Notes under the pieces: model-generated
Databases searched by the model: none
Told to the model about the DNA's origin: nothing
The model's input: the letters and a program-made list of their open reading frames with translations, nothing else
Part shown: positions 6,440 to 6,677 of the stretch, piece by piece
Position numbering within the stretch: the stretch's first letter is position 1
Layout: the number at the start of each line of letters is the position of its first letter
Source: Amoeboradix gromovi X-113
Lineage: Eukaryota > Fungi > Sanchytriomycota
Direction: 5' to 3'
Assembly (NCBI GenBank): GCA_018985225.1
Contig: JADGIF010000558.1
Coordinates: 1-6,677, forward strand
Length of the DNA: 6,677 bases
Translations under genes and position numbers: made by a program

Positions 6440-6677
6440 TTTATATTCTTGGCCTGTAATATGTGATTACATGGGATAGTCGACCAAGCTTCCTTAAATT
6501 TCTTAGGAATGGCAGATCTTCTACAATGCGTTATAAATTAAGAAAAAGGTGGATCGCATCACTGCATTTCATATAAAAATATTAACTAAGCCTTTGAGTC
6601 GTCCAAATCCGCGCTTTTCAGTGATCCAAGTGAACAGGATGCGGTGTGTCAGGTTAATAAATTCAAACTGATATACC

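Noticed and set aside
6440-6677. Coding fragment at the right edge
   Set aside because: Short protein-like pieces occur in several frames (e.g. - strand VYQFEFINLTHRILFTWITEKRGFGRLKGLVNIFI*), but none can be assigned without flanking sequence.
1-6677. Non-standard genetic code (stop reassignment) explaining the broken ORFs
   Set aside because: Three long genes read cleanly in the standard code and end at TGA or TAA, SOUL at its expected family terminus. The relics need frameshifts, not readthrough. TAG-only readthrough at 6230-6232 is not formally excluded.

Overview
AT-rich, gene-dense DNA from what appears to be a compact microbial eukaryote, judged from a Nup82/Nup88-like nucleoporin, a RING-H2 protein, AATAAA signals beside stop codons and a probable 21-nt GT-AG intron. 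Three host genes are well supported: a membrane-anchored RING-H2 protein (786-2360, -), a SOUL/HBP heme-binding protein (3111-3674, +) and a Nup82/Nup88-like protein (4757-6439, +, two exons). The main observation is missed by the ORF track. The window opens in the 3' end of a Fanzor/TnpB-like ORF (CxxC...RD; 3-215, +), followed by a hairpin/pseudoknot-capable segment where an omegaRNA would be expected. Two further frameshifted Fanzor-like relics lie on the - strand (about 2620-2890 and about 380-625). All family assignments come from reading motifs by eye and need HMM or structure confirmation.
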